Part shown: piece after piece, positions 1 to 10,418 of the stretch | How positions within the stretch are numbered: position 1 is the stretch's first letter | Layout of the letters: the number at the start of each line of letters is the position of its first letter | DNA from: a bacterium | GTDB taxonomy: Bacteria > RBG-13-61-14 > DATKZS01 | Length of the DNA: 64,000 nucleotides | Assembly (NCBI GenBank): GCA_963674965.2 | Contig: CAXXFL010000004.1 | Span: 256,001 to 320,000 of the forward strand | Direction of reading: 5' to 3' | Notes under the pieces: model-generated | Databases searched by the model: none | What the model saw: only the letters and a program-made list of their open reading frames with translations | What the model was told of the DNA's origin: nothing | Translations under genes and position numbers: made by a program

Positions 1-973
1 GGCCGCCTGCGAGGCCCTGGGCCTGTCGCGAGCAACGTTTAATCGTCGCGCTAAAATTCCCTTCGGGCCTCCGCCGCCGAGGCGCGCGGCCAAGCCGGCA
101 AGGTCGTTGAGCGAGGACGAGCGGCGCCGGGTGCTGGACGAACTCCACTCCGAGCGCTTTGCCGACAAGGCCCCCCGCGAGGTCTGGGCAACGCTCCTGG
201 ACGAGGGGACATGGCTGTGCTCGGTCCGCACCATGTACCGCGTCCTCGACTCGGAAAAGGAAGTCCGGGAGCGGCGCAACCAACTCCGGCGTCCCCGATA
301 CAAAAAACCCGAGTTGCTGGCCGAGGCCCCCAACCAGGTCTGGTCCTGGGACGTCACCAAACTCAAGGGACCGGCCAAATGGACCTGCTACCAACTCTAC
401 GTGATCATGGACATCTTCAGCCGCTGCGTGGTGGGATGGATGATCGCCGGACGCGAAAGCGCGGAGCTGGCCCGCCGCCTGATCGGGGACAGCATCCGAA
501 AACAGGGGATCGAGCCGGGACAACTCACCATCCACGCCGACCGGGGGAGTTCGATGAAATCAAAGCCGGTGGCCTTCTTGATGGCCGACCTGGGCGTGAC
601 CAAGAGCCACTCGCGGCCCCACGTGTCCGACGACAACCCCTACTCGGAAAGCCAGTTCAAGACCATGAAGTACCGGCCCGAGTTCCCGAGCCGGTTCGGC
701 TCCATCGAGGACGCCAGGGCCTTTTGCGTGAAGTTTTTCGATTGGTACAACCGCGAGCATCGGCACACCGGGATCGGCCTGATGACGCCCGAGATGGTCC
801 ATTACGGAATGGCGAGCGAGATCGTGGCCGCCAGGCAAAAAACGCTCGACCACGCCTATGAAAAAAAACCGGAGCGCTTCGTGAAAAGACCGCCGACGGC
901 GCCGGAGTTGCCCGGCAAAGCGTGGATCAACCCACCGGCGAAACCGGAGGAAATAAACAGTTTGCCACACTAA
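1..973 (+). CDS. IS3-family transposase OrfB (integrase core), 5' partial
   Basis: Frame open from base 2 (AACEALGLSRATF...). DDE motifs APNQVWSWDVT, IHADRGS, SESQFKTMK and the WYNREHRH tail are typical of IS3-type rve domains. Confidence 0.9.
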   Translation, partial: AACEALGLSRATFNRRAKIPFGPPPPRRAAKPARSLSEDERRRVLDELHSERFADKAPREVWATLLDEGTWLCSVRTMYRVLDSEKEVRERRNQLRRPRYKKPELLAEAPNQVWSWDVTKLKGPAKWTCYQLYVIMDIFSRCVVGWMIAGRESAELARRLIGDSIRKQGIEPGQLTIHADRGSSMKSKPVAFLMADLGVTKSHSRPHVSDDNPYSESQFKTMKYRPEFPSRFGSIEDARAFCVKFFDWYNREHRHTGIGLMTPEMVHYGMASEIVAARQKTLDHAYEKKPERFVKRPPTAPELPGKAWINPPAKPEEINSLPH

Positions 974-1013
974 ATTCAGGAAAGGCGTGTCTCATTTTGC
1001 TTGACACATTCCG
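1..1013 (+). mobile_element. Right end of IS3-family insertion sequence
   Basis: Transposase is followed by TGTCTCATTTTGCTTGACACATTCCG (988-1013), resembling IS3-subgroup right ends; AT-rich DNA begins shortly after. Exact end uncertain; left end is outside the window. Confidence 0.65.
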
Positions 1014-1144
1014 GATTCGAAACTTAGCGAGCATTCCCGGAACGCCAAACTCGCCGATCCGCTCGCCTAATCTATATGTATCTTTTAGCCTCCTGATGCA
1101 AGGACGGTTGGTTATTTTAGTTCAGAAATATCAATATGGCCAAG

Positions 1145-1954
1145 TTATTTAGGAACGGTTTCCTCGCGTACGTAGTAAATCAACTCATTCTTCATTTCTT
1201 GATCGAAAACGTACGTATCGATCAACTCCAGACAATCTTTTTTGCTCTTCTCCTTTTGGCCATGGCGATTGTCTAGACAAAAGGAAATAAAAATAAAAGT
1301 GTGAAAATGTCGATCATGAATAATGCGATTTTGTTCTTTTACATAATTTCTTCTTTCTTCATAAGTTTCAAAGCATTTAGAATAATCTACTTGGCCATAT
1401 GGTTTAGAGCATATCGGGTATTTTTCATATTGTATGATTTCATTTTCTTTTTGGTTTGTAATTGACAATAGTAATCTATGAAGCTCACAATTAAGACTTT
1501 CTCGTTCCACCTCCGGTAGATATTTCATGTCGCCTTCCGATCTATAGGCGTATGCAGATGATTTACTTTCCCATATTTTCAGCTTGGCGCCCGCATCTAA
1601 ATCACATTCCAAGGCCTTATTGTAAAGGGCAATCACTTCATCCGCCGCTTTGCTTAAATCTCGGAAATCACCCTTATTCCCCAATGCTATTTTGAACAAT
1701 TCATGCAATTTTGCATGCTTAGATGACGCCGCGATATAATACACTTTCCCTTTTTTGGTCTGATCATCCATCTCCTTTGCAATATCGAGGCAATCATCAA
1801 TATGTGATTCATAATATTTAAAACTGCCTTGCAAGCATTTCCGCTGAGTTACGCTTTCGCCTGGTTCACTTGGGATATTATTACATCCAACATGAAAAAA
1901 GGCGGCGATAAATAGAAAGCCACATATGTCTGATAAAGATATTTTCTTAGCCAT
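1145..1954 (-). CDS. Hypothetical lipoprotein (helical, Cys-containing)
   Basis: Long AT-rich ORF. From ATG 1954: MAKKISLSDICGFLFIAAFFHVGC, a signal peptide with lipobox-like VG-C. No family recognised. Confidence 0.65.
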   Translation of the reverse strand: MAKKISLSDICGFLFIAAFFHVGCNNIPSEPGESVTQRKCLQGSFKYYESHIDDCLDIAKEMDDQTKKGKVYYIAASSKHAKLHELFKIALGNKGDFRDLSKAADEVIALYNKALECDLDAGAKLKIWESKSSAYAYRSEGDMKYLPEVERESLNCELHRLLLSITNQKENEIIQYEKYPICSKPYGQVDYSKCFETYEERRNYVKEQNRIIHDRHFHTFIFISFCLDNRHGQKEKSKKDCLELIDTYVFDQEMKNELIYYVREETVPK

Positions 1955-3016
1955 AGTAATCTCCGGCGCCGGCGGTTTTTCAAACCTTGTGCGCAATATA
2001 CCTCCCGCCTCCTGAAATATTGCTGCGACTTTATAGCTGAAGTCACCTTTTATTTTCGTAGATACTATCCTCCGAGGGATAAGTCCCGTCCCTGACGTGC
2101 TTTTTCAGCTAATACGCGTTATTCAGGTAATGGCCAGTCCTTTTCTCCGCCTTCATTTAATATCTGTTTCAGCTGTTCCCTGGTAAGTCCATGCTTTTTA
2201 GAAATTTCACCTTCATATTTATTTTTCATTTTTTCACTCAATTCTCCTTGTTTATTCAATTGCTCTTCAAAATCTACTTTGACCTGTCCAATTAAAGCGA
2301 TGCTATTTATCCACCCTGTTTCAATAACATTCCTTGATGGTACCTTGGCTTTCACGTTATACCATTTGGTACTTTCTATCTTGGCAACTTTGACCACCTC
2401 AATGCTCGTCCCAGCGGGAAGTCTTTTAATTTTGCTTATTGCCTCAATAGCGTCCTTTGGCTCTAACTCCGGCATTAAAGGCGTCTCTTTCGAAAGCTTA
2501 ATTGACTGCCCTGGATAAAGAGATTGTGTCGGGTCGATGGGATATTTATCTTCAGCCTCTTCCAATGCCTTATCATGAGAAGATACAATCTCCTTATAAA
2601 TTTTCCTTCTCATCTCTTCAGAAAGACCAAAACGCTTTTCTGGAGCAACTCCTAACTGCTCAATCTGCATGTCATTATAGCTTATATTTGGTTTTGAAGT
2701 TTTATTGTTCCATCGCGACATTGCTATCCATTGCCCCATTCCGGCTTGTGCCAATTCCCTTGACGTATATGCGTAAATGTAAATATCTGTAGGATGCTGA
2801 TTGAATTTAAATCCCTTTTTATTCTTTTCCGAGCCATTAAGTTTCTCCAGCATGGCTTTAAGGCCAGGTTTGGATATTTCACCAGATACCAATAAATCCA
2901 TTGACACTTTAACGTACATATTATTATCCGCTACTTCTCTGTTTAATGTCTTATACTTTGGTATTATGATTTTATCTGTGCCGGTATTTTTTCCATCATC
3001 TCTTTTTTCTTGAACT

Positions 3017-4782
3017 AGTTCCAGTTGCGTAACTAGAAAAAGCCAATAAAAACAATGTGCTGTAAGCATTTTTCGCTTCCCTTTTTGGTCTTGTTATGAT
3101 ACAATAACTCCTTGAAAAATCAAGGATTGACTTGCCGGGATGCTGTGAAGGGGGCGAAAAATGCGACCGAAAATTAAAATGCAAATGACCATTGAAGACC
3201 ACGAATTTTTGAAAGCGGGCCATCTTTTCAAACAAGACACTGAGCTTGAGAAGATGAGCATAGCGCTCGACGAGGCCAAGGAAATTCTGGAAGCTGTTGC
3301 CGATGATCTCCAAAGCGGACTCAAGGAGACCGGCGCCGAGGGGATGAGCGTCGAGCAGGTCCTTAGGAGCGCGGTCATCTATCAACTCAAGTGTTATTCC
3401 TACCGGGAACTCGGCGACCGCCTCGGTTCCGATTACAATTTCCGCAAGTTCACCAGGTTCTTCGGGCGGGACATTCCCCATTTCAGCAGCCTGGAGCGGG
3501 CGATAAAACGCATCCGCCCCGAGACCTGGGAGCGGATCAACGAAATGCTCGTGGCCCTGGCCATTAAAAAAAAAGTAGAAGACGGCGAGGCGGTCCGCGC
3601 TGACACCGCGGTGGCCGAGGCCAACATCCACTATCCGACCGACGCTTCGCTTCTTTTTGACAGCATCCGTGTATTGGACCGGTTGATGAAAGGAGCGCGG
3701 AAGGAGCTGCCGGGTCTCGGGTTCGAATATCATGACCGGACTCGGCGGGCCAAGAAGCGCGCTTACCAGATCGCCATGGGCAAAGGCAAAGGGATCGAGA
3801 AGAAACGGGCGGTCTGGTACCGGGACCTTCTCAAGGTTTCGGCGGAAATCTTGGCCATGGCCCGCTCGGCGCGGGAGGCGCTGGACGAGGCCCTTAAAGG
3901 CGGAGAGCTTTATTTCAGCGATGCGGGCCTGGCAACCATGATCAAGAGCGAACTCGATCATTACCTGCCGCTTTCTGAGCAGTGCGTCGAGCAGTGCGAG
4001 CGGCGGGTTATAAAAGGCGAGAAGGTTCCCGCGCAAGAGAAGGTGGTTTCCGTTTTCGAGCCGCACGTTGATATCATCCGGAGAGGCAAGACCATGAGCC
4101 CGACCGAGTTCGGTCACAAGGTGATGGCGGCGACGGGAAGGTCGGGGATTGTGCTTCAATATAAAGTGTGCGAGGGCAACCCTTCCGACGCCGACCTTTT
4201 CGAGGACATTTTGCAAAAACACGTCCGCCTGTTCGGCAAGGCTCCACGCGAGTTTACCGGCGACCGCCGCTTCTATCATGAGGACAATGAGAAGCTTGCG
4301 ACCGAAGGTCCTTATTATATCGAGCGCCTGGCCATTCCCAAGCCCGGCAAAAGGAGTTCGGAGCGGATCGAGCACGAGCGTCAGCGCTGGTTCAAGAAGC
4401 TTCTTCGCTTCCGGGCCGGGATCGAGGGCGGCCTTTCCGCCCTTCTTCGCGGCTTCGGTCTGAGCCGATGCCTGTGGAGAGGTTTCGAGAGCTTCAAGTC
4501 CTGGGTGGGTCTTTCGTTCTTTGCCTGGAACCTTCGAAAACTCGCGCTGCTGACTTAGCCGCCGCCGGGCGCGCCCCTGTGGGGGCAATGAAAAACGGAA
4601 ATGAAAAACAGCAAAAGGAGAGGTGTTTTTTGAAAGGATAGAAAAGGGCCGGCTCAGGCATTCAACTCGCCTGAAAGCGTTAAAATCTTTTCCGTCCTTT
4701 ATGGACGCCCTGAAAATCTGCATGTCCATATCCTCTCCGCACCGCATAATGAAAGCCATTAAGCAGTTGTGCAACAGAAACT
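3017..4782 (+). mobile_element. Complete IS (IS5/ISNCY-like, DDE), 1766 bp
   Basis: 18-bp imperfect terminal inverted repeats AGTTCCAGTTGCGTAACT (3017-3034) and AGTTGTGCAACAGAAACT (4765-4782), 14/18 match. AACT direct repeat at 3013-3016 and 4783-4786. Confidence 0.85.
3161..4558 (+). CDS. DDE transposase (IS5/ISNCY-like)
   Basis: Motifs RADTAVAEANIHYPTDASLL, KVVSVFEPH, TEFGHKV, TGDRRFY, RAGIEGGLSAL, WNLRKL. Confidence 0.9.
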   Translation: MRPKIKMQMTIEDHEFLKAGHLFKQDTELEKMSIALDEAKEILEAVADDLQSGLKETGAEGMSVEQVLRSAVIYQLKCYSYRELGDRLGSDYNFRKFTRFFGRDIPHFSSLERAIKRIRPETWERINEMLVALAIKKKVEDGEAVRADTAVAEANIHYPTDASLLFDSIRVLDRLMKGARKELPGLGFEYHDRTRRAKKRAYQIAMGKGKGIEKKRAVWYRDLLKVSAEILAMARSAREALDEALKGGELYFSDAGLATMIKSELDHYLPLSEQCVEQCERRVIKGEKVPAQEKVVSVFEPHVDIIRRGKTMSPTEFGHKVMAATGRSGIVLQYKVCEGNPSDADLFEDILQKHVRLFGKAPREFTGDRRFYHEDNEKLATEGPYYIERLAIPKPGKRSSERIEHERQRWFKKLLRFRAGIEGGLSALLRGFGLSRCLWRGFESFKSWVGLSFFAWNLRKLALLT

Positions 4783-5858
4783 AACTAATTTGACTATATC
4801 CGGAAGCATCTTCAGCAATATTAAATCAGCTTTATCGTTACCAGTGGACAGAGCGGACGGCAAGGAATTTTTTTTTAATATTGAAGACAATTTATCATCA
4901 TCTAACTTCTCAATTCCCTCCTTCAGATGCTTTTCAGCTATGCCTTTTTCGCCTAAATTAATTTGAGCTATTTTAAGTCCGATGTAAGTCCTATTTTTAT
5001 CGCCTTTAAACTCCTTAATAGAAATTGCCTCATTAAAAGCTTCCTTTGCCTTAACAAACTCACCTTTTGACAATGCCAATTCACCCCTCTTCATGGCCTC
5101 CTCAAAATTTTTCTTGCTTTCCTCCTTTATCCGCTCAGCTTCGATTTTTGCTTGTTTTTCTAATTCAGCCTTTTTCTTTTTCTCTCCTTTCACCGAGATA
5201 CTCGCGCTGGAAATGAGTAGGAAGAATAAAAATAACGGTATCAACAAGACCGTAACTATGAGGGTGGCCTCGTTCATTGTATTGATTCTTATAAAGTTCC
5301 CAATCCGGATTCTTAATTTTTTGCGCGCGAGAAAGACTGTGGCAAAAACAATTCCGGAGATGTCGAGAAAAATACCCAGCCTCGGAAAGGCCACACTCAC
5401 AACAAGCCAAATAATAACCAGAATCACGCCAAGGCAGCCTATCCCCAATAATTTCATGGAATCGGCGGAGGCGACATTGGGAGGGGGTTGTTGTCGATAA
5501 TCGGCTTGCGTTTGAGGCCAAGGCCCGGAATACGTGGGCGATCCGCCAGTACGAGGTTGTTCTTCTTGCGGGGACTTTGGAGGTTGAACCGTTACAGGAG
5601 TTTGAGGCGCGGGGTAGCCGGAAAGGTCCGACTGGCAATGCTTGCATTTTATAGCGTCCACCTTAATTTCTTCAGCGCAAAAAGGACACTTTTTTGTATC
5701 CCCATCCATGATAAACCCTCCCATTTAAAAAGTTGGAATTTCTACTTTGCCTTTTCAGTAAGAATCAATACCTCACGATAAGCATATATGTCAAGGGAGA
5801 GGCTGGCTCGCTCGGCCCCAATAAACCGGGTGAGTCATTCATCATGGTCCAACCACGG

Positions 5859-5892
5859 AAAAGGCGGCCCGCCCAAACGGGTGGACCGCCTT
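5859..5892 (-). terminator. Intrinsic terminator after ftsZ
   Basis: Minus strand AAGGCGGTCCACCC-GTTT-GGGCGGGCCGCCTT ending in a short T run, 18 nt after the ftsZ stop. Confidence 0.7.
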
Positions 5893-5910
5893 GATCAATC
5901 TAATTTACTC

Positions 5911-7164
5911 TCAGTCCACTTGCCGTCTCAGGTAGGCGGGGATATCGTACTCGTCCTCCGAGTCCTCGGAGAAGCTGGGCCTGGCGACCCTCCTGGCCTG
6001 AGATATGGAGGCCTCGTAGTCGATCCCCGTCTTGTCCGCCCTGCCCTTGGCGCCCCGGCTTTGCTTGGCGTCGTGGTACTCCTCCCGCCGCTGCCTCAGG
6101 TGGTCGGAGATATTGATGGCCTTGCCGCGGTCGCGAGCGGCCACGCCGGACATGGAGCCGGCCGCGCTCTTGGCCACGCGTTGGGAGGCGATCCTGAACC
6201 TTCCCCTGGCGTCGGCCTGGAAGGACTCGAACCCGGTGGCCACCACCGTGATCCTCAGCGTGTCCTCCATGGACTCGTCCACGCAGTGGCCGTAGATAAT
6301 AAGGGCGTCCTCATGGGCCTCCTCGGTAATGAGGGTGATGGCGTCGCTCACCTCGTGGAGGGTAACGTTCGGACCGCCGGTGACGTTCACCAAAACGCCC
6401 CTGGCGCCCTCGATCCTGACGTCCTCCAGGAGGGGGTTGGATATGGCCATGTGGGCCGCCTCGGTGGCCCGCGACTCGCCGCCCACCTCGCCGCTGCCCA
6501 TCAGGGCCATTCCCCGCTCGCCCATCACCGTCTTCACGTCCGCGAAGTCCACGTTGATCAGGCCGTTGCCGGTGATGAGGTCAGAGATGCCCCGCACGGC
6601 TGAAAGAAGCACCTCGTCGGCCTTCTTGAAGGCGTCGATGACCGAGGTGTTCTTTCCCGCGATGTTGAGCAGTCGCTGGTTGGGGATGATGATCAGGCTG
6701 TCAACGTGCTCCTTTAGCTCCTCGAGGCCCTCGAGCGCCAGCCTCATCCTGCGCCCGCCCTCGAACTCGAAGGGCTTGGTCACGACGCCCACGGTCAGGG
6801 CGCCCATCTCCCGGGCCACCCGGGCCACCACCGGCGCGCCGCCGGTGCCGGTGCCGCCGCCCATGCCCGCGGTCACGAAGACCATGTCCGCTCCGCGCAG
6901 GGCCTCCTCGATATTTGCCGAGCTTTCCTCGGCCGCCTCCCGGCCCACGTTGGGGTTACCCCCGGCGCCGAGGCCGGTGGCGAACTGGATGCGCTTGTCC
7001 GCCAGGTTCATCTCCAGGGCCTTGGCGTCGGTGTTGGCCGCGATGAACTCGACCGTCGTGAGCCCCTCGGATATCATGGTGTTGATGGCGTTGTTTCCTC
7101 CGCCGCCCACGCCCACCACCTTCAGGTTGGCCTGTCCCTCCGGGACGTCAGAAAATTCCAACAT
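5911..7164 (-). CDS. ftsZ: Cell division protein FtsZ
   Basis: [11 protein letters not shown], tubulin signature GGGTGTG, NVDFADV, C-terminal peptide DIPAYLRRQ. Confidence 0.99.
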   Translation of the reverse strand: MLEFSDVPEGQANLKVVGVGGGGNNAINTMISEGLTTVEFIAANTDAKALEMNLADKRIQFATGLGAGGNPNVGREAAEESSANIEEALRGADMVFVTAGMGGGTGTGGAPVVARVAREMGALTVGVVTKPFEFEGGRRMRLALEGLEELKEHVDSLIIIPNQRLLNIAGKNTSVIDAFKKADEVLLSAVRGISDLITGNGLINVDFADVKTVMGERGMALMGSGEVGGESRATEAAHMAISNPLLEDVRIEGARGVLVNVTGGPNVTLHEVSDAITLITEEAHEDALIIYGHCVDESMEDTLRITVVATGFESFQADARGRFRIASQRVAKSAAGSMSGVAARDRGKAINISDHLRQRREEYHDAKQSRGAKGRADKTGIDYEASISQARRVARPSFSEDSEDEYDIPAYLRRQVD

Positions 7165-7260
7165 GACAATTCCTCCTTTTCCGATTCCGCATAAATCTTT
7201 TCCGCTTCAACATTGCCGTTTAATTCAATGGCCGGACCATGCCGGCTCTAGTTACCTCGA

Positions 7261-8487
7261 TTAGAAAAACGCCTCGACTCCCTCGCGCATCCTCTCCCAG
7301 ACCCGGCCGAAGATGTTCCGGTCCCGGGCGCGGAAGGACCTTCTGCCCTGGTTCTTGGAGCCGTAGATAACCAGGCCCACGCCGGTGGCGTACATGGGGC
7401 TGTTGACCACGTCCGTCAGCCCGCCCACGCCGGCGGGTTTTCCCACCCGGACGGGGGCCTCGAACACCTGCTCGCCCAGCTCGGCTATGCCGGGAATGAG
7501 TGATGACCCGCCGGTGAGCACCACGCCCGCGGGGAAGGAGTCCTCCAGCCCCGCCCGCGCTATCTCGCGGTTGGCCAGGGCCAGTATCTCCTCGACCCGG
7601 GGCTCGATGATCTCGGCCAGGGTCTGGCGCGGGACCTCGAGCGGACGCCTGCCGCCCACCTTGGGCACGACCACGCTCTCGCCTTTATCGACCAGCCGCG
7701 CGCAGGCGCAGCCGTAGCGCTTCTTGATTTTCTCCGCCTCCGCCGCGGGGGTGCGAAGGCCGGCGGCCACGTCGTTGGTCACGTGGTCTCCCCCCAGGGA
7801 GAGCACGGCGGTGTGGGCCAGGCTTCCCTGCCGCCAAACCGCTATGTCGGTGGTGCCGCCGCCGATATCCAGCAGCACCACGCCTATCTCCTTCTCGTCG
7901 GGCGAAAGCACGGCCTCGCTGCTGGCGTACTGCTCGAGCACTATGTCGGCCACGTTAAGGCCCGAGTTGTTGCAGCACCTGACCACGTTCTGGGCCGAGG
8001 TCACCGCGCCCGTCACGATGTGGACGCGGGCCTCCATGCGCACGCCGCTCATGCCGAGGGGGTCCTTGATCCCGTCCTGCTCGTCAACGATAAACTCCTG
8101 GGGAAGGATGTGGATGACCTCCCGGTCCACGGGGATCGAAACCGCCCGCGCCTGCTCGACCACCCGGCGTATGTCAACCTCGGAAACCTCGCGGCCCTTG
8201 ATGGCCACGATGCCGTGGCTGTTAAAGCCCTTCACGTGGCCGCCCGCGATCCCGGCGAAAACCGTGGCCACGTCGCAGCCGGCCATAAGCTCGGCCTCCT
8301 CCACGGCCTTCTTGATGCTCTCGACCGTCGAGTCTATATTGACCACGACCCCCTTGCGCAGGCCGTAGCTCGGGGCCGTCCCAATCCCCACGATATCGAG
8401 ACCGTCGTCCTCCATGGCCGCGACTATGGCCGCGATCTTGGTGGTCCCTATGTCGAGCCCGACTATAAGATTGTCTTTTTTACCCAT
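7261..8487 (-). CDS. ftsA: Cell division protein FtsA
   Basis: GLDIGTTKI, LDIGGGTTD, GVVLTGG, YATGVGL. Start set at ATG 8487 after an AGGGGAAG RBS. Confidence 0.98.
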   Translation of the reverse strand: MGKKDNLIVGLDIGTTKIAAIVAAMEDDGLDIVGIGTAPSYGLRKGVVVNIDSTVESIKKAVEEAELMAGCDVATVFAGIAGGHVKGFNSHGIVAIKGREVSEVDIRRVVEQARAVSIPVDREVIHILPQEFIVDEQDGIKDPLGMSGVRMEARVHIVTGAVTSAQNVVRCCNNSGLNVADIVLEQYASSEAVLSPDEKEIGVVLLDIGGGTTDIAVWRQGSLAHTAVLSLGGDHVTNDVAAGLRTPAAEAEKIKKRYGCACARLVDKGESVVVPKVGGRRPLEVPRQTLAEIIEPRVEEILALANREIARAGLEDSFPAGVVLTGGSSLIPGIAELGEQVFEAPVRVGKPAGVGGLTDVVNSPMYATGVGLVIYGSKNQGRRSFRARDRNIFGRVWERMREGVEAFF

Positions 8488-8532
8488 CGTGCTTCCCCTT
8501 TCCCAGCGTGGAACATTCAGCTTCAACCATTA

Positions 8533-9504
8533 TTATAATTCTCCGGGGCGGTCCTCGGCGGAGGACGCGACCCTGTAACCTTCCTTCAATCTAACCGTCA
8601 CCCGGCCCTCGTAGTTGAGGTCCAACTCGGCCACCTTGGCCGAGTCGGGACCGAGCTCGACCAGGGCCCGCTCGAGCCTCGCGAGCTTTTCCGCGTAACC
8701 CTCACGGCCGAAGCGCACCCGCATGCCGTCCTCGACCCGCACGGCCACGGCCCCGTATTCGCTCGACAGCCTGACCTCCGAGACCCGGTCCGCGTTAAAG
8801 ACCTCCGAGGAGCCCGTCAGCTCGACTATCTCGAGACCCATCTTCAAAAGGGACTCGACCTTCTCCCTCTCGTCCACCGCCTCGCGGAGGGTCAAGCCGG
8901 TAAGGACGGGAAAGTCCATCTTCTCTCCCGGCATGACCTTCTTGAAAATCTCGCCTTTTTTGTCAACGTAGTACAGGGAGCCGAGGGAAACCATGGCGAC
9001 CCTCTCCCTTTCGACCACGTCTATCACCACCTTGTCGGGAAGCTCCCGCATGACCGAGACGGCCTCCACCCAGGGGTGTATCTCGATGGCCTTGACCAGC
9101 TCCGACAGATGGAAACTGAAAATATTGTCTCCCTCCCGAATCTCCGCCAGGGTCCTGATTTCACGCTCCGGGGCCTTGTCCCCCGTCCTTATTACTATCT
9201 CCCGGATGGCCAGCCGGTCGGTGGTGACGAGCCAGGACCATCCCGATTTGGCGCCTATCCCAACGACGCCGCCCAGCGCCACGCAGACGAGGGCCGCGGA
9301 AATGGACCGGGCCGCCTTGCTCCCGGCGAAGGCCCGGGCTTTGGCCCAAGCCTCCCGCGCGGTCATCCTCGGCCCCCGCCTTTTATTGGCGGCCTTCCTC
9401 GGCGACCTGGCCGGCTTCGCGCCCTTCTTGTCCCCGGGGGGACGGGCGACGATCTTGGCGGTCCGGGTCTTTTCCGGGCCGCTCTTTTTGGCCTTTCCTA
9501 TCAC
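8533..9504 (-). CDS. ftsQ: Cell division protein FtsQ/DivIB
   Basis: Basic N-tail, one TM, POTRA-like HPWVEAVSVMRELPDKVVIDVVER, C-terminal LDLNY; lies between ddl and ftsA. Confidence 0.92.
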   Translation of the reverse strand: MIGKAKKSGPEKTRTAKIVARPPGDKKGAKPARSPRKAANKRRGPRMTAREAWAKARAFAGSKAARSISAALVCVALGGVVGIGAKSGWSWLVTTDRLAIREIVIRTGDKAPEREIRTLAEIREGDNIFSFHLSELVKAIEIHPWVEAVSVMRELPDKVVIDVVERERVAMVSLGSLYYVDKKGEIFKKVMPGEKMDFPVLTGLTLREAVDEREKVESLLKMGLEIVELTGSSEVFNADRVSEVRLSSEYGAVAVRVEDGMRVRFGREGYAEKLARLERALVELGPDSAKVAELDLNYEGRVTVRLKEGYRVASSAEDRPGEL

Positions 9505-10418
9505 GCCGCCTCCAGCGCGCTAAGGAGCATCCTTTCGCACAGACGCTCGAAGCTGAGGCCGGCCACCGCCGCCGACATGGGCAGCAGGCTGAGCCTCGTC
9601 ATTCCGGGAATGGTGTTGAGCTCGAGCACGAAGGGCCCCCGATCGGGGTCCAGCCTGAAGTCGATCCTGGCGGCCCCCTTGCAGCCGAGGGCCTTGTAGC
9701 TCCTGGCCCCCAGCTCCTGGATGATTCCCGTTTCCCTGCCGGTCAGCTCGGCGGGAGCCACGTACTCCGAGGCGCCCTGGGTGTATTTCGAGTCGTAGTC
9801 GTAAAAGCCGGTCTTGGGTATTACCTCGACCACTCCCATGGGCTCGCCGTCGAGCACGCCCACCGTAACTTCCCGGCCGGGGATGTATTCCTCCACCATG
9901 GGAGTCTCGTCGTAGGGCCTGGCCCGCTCGACGGCGGCCTCGTATTCGTCCTCCCTCCGCGCCACGGCTATGCCCACCGTCGAGCCCTCGGCGTTGGGCT
10001 TGACCACCACGGGGGGAACGAACTTCATGGTCTCGAACACGAACTCCCGGGAGAGGGCCGGACAATGGCGGGGAGTGGGTATGCCGAACTGGGAGAATAT
10101 GGCCTTGGCCTGGGGCTTGTTCATGGCCAGGGCCGAGGCCAGGACCCCCGATCCGGTATAGGGTATGCGCAGCATCTCGCAGAGGGCCTGGACCCTTCCG
10201 TCCTCCCCCCATCCGCCGTGCAGCGTCAAAAAGGCCGCGTCGACGCCGGACTCCCGGAGTTGGGACTCGACGTTCTCATCGACCACCACGCTCACCGTCT
10301 CGTAGCCCAGGCTCACGAGCGCCTCGGCCACGGCCTCCCCGCTCCGTAGCGAAACCTCGCGCTCAGCGCTGACCCCGCCCATGATTACGCCAATCCGCTT
10401 TCCCTTCGCGTCCGTCAT
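9501..10418 (-). CDS. ddl: D-alanine-D-alanine ligase
   Basis: GGVSAEREVSLRSG, LHGGWGEDG, FYDYDSKY, ELNTIPGMT. Confidence 0.97.
   Translation of the reverse strand: MTDAKGKRIGVIMGGVSAEREVSLRSGEAVAEALVSLGYETVSVVVDENVESQLRESGVDAAFLTLHGGWGEDGRVQALCEMLRIPYTGSGVLASALAMNKPQAKAIFSQFGIPTPRHCPALSREFVFETMKFVPPVVVKPNAEGSTVGIAVARREDEYEAAVERARPYDETPMVEEYIPGREVTVGVLDGEPMGVVEVIPKTGFYDYDSKYTQGASEYVAPAELTGRETGIIQELGARSYKALGCKGAARIDFRLDPDRGPFVLELNTIPGMTRLSLLPMSAAVAGLSFERLCERMLLSALEAA

Larger units (their letters stand above)
2119..5709 (-). pseudogene. Zinc-ribbon / 3-TM / TPR-like / SH3-like membrane protein gene interrupted by an IS (fragments 5709-4783 and 3012-2119)
   Basis: Removing the IS and one AACT copy joins ...PDIVKLV to QEKRDDGK... 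in frame, giving 606 aa. N-terminal CPFC..CKHC, Pro/Gln linker, three hydrophobic helices, C-terminal WYNV...GWI motif. GGAGGG RBS precedes ATG 5709. Confidence 0.85.

Noticed and set aside
2996-4774. 592-aa antisense ORF across the IS
   Set aside because: It is the codon-aligned shadow of the transposase, in a different frame from the host gene, with no motifs or RBS.
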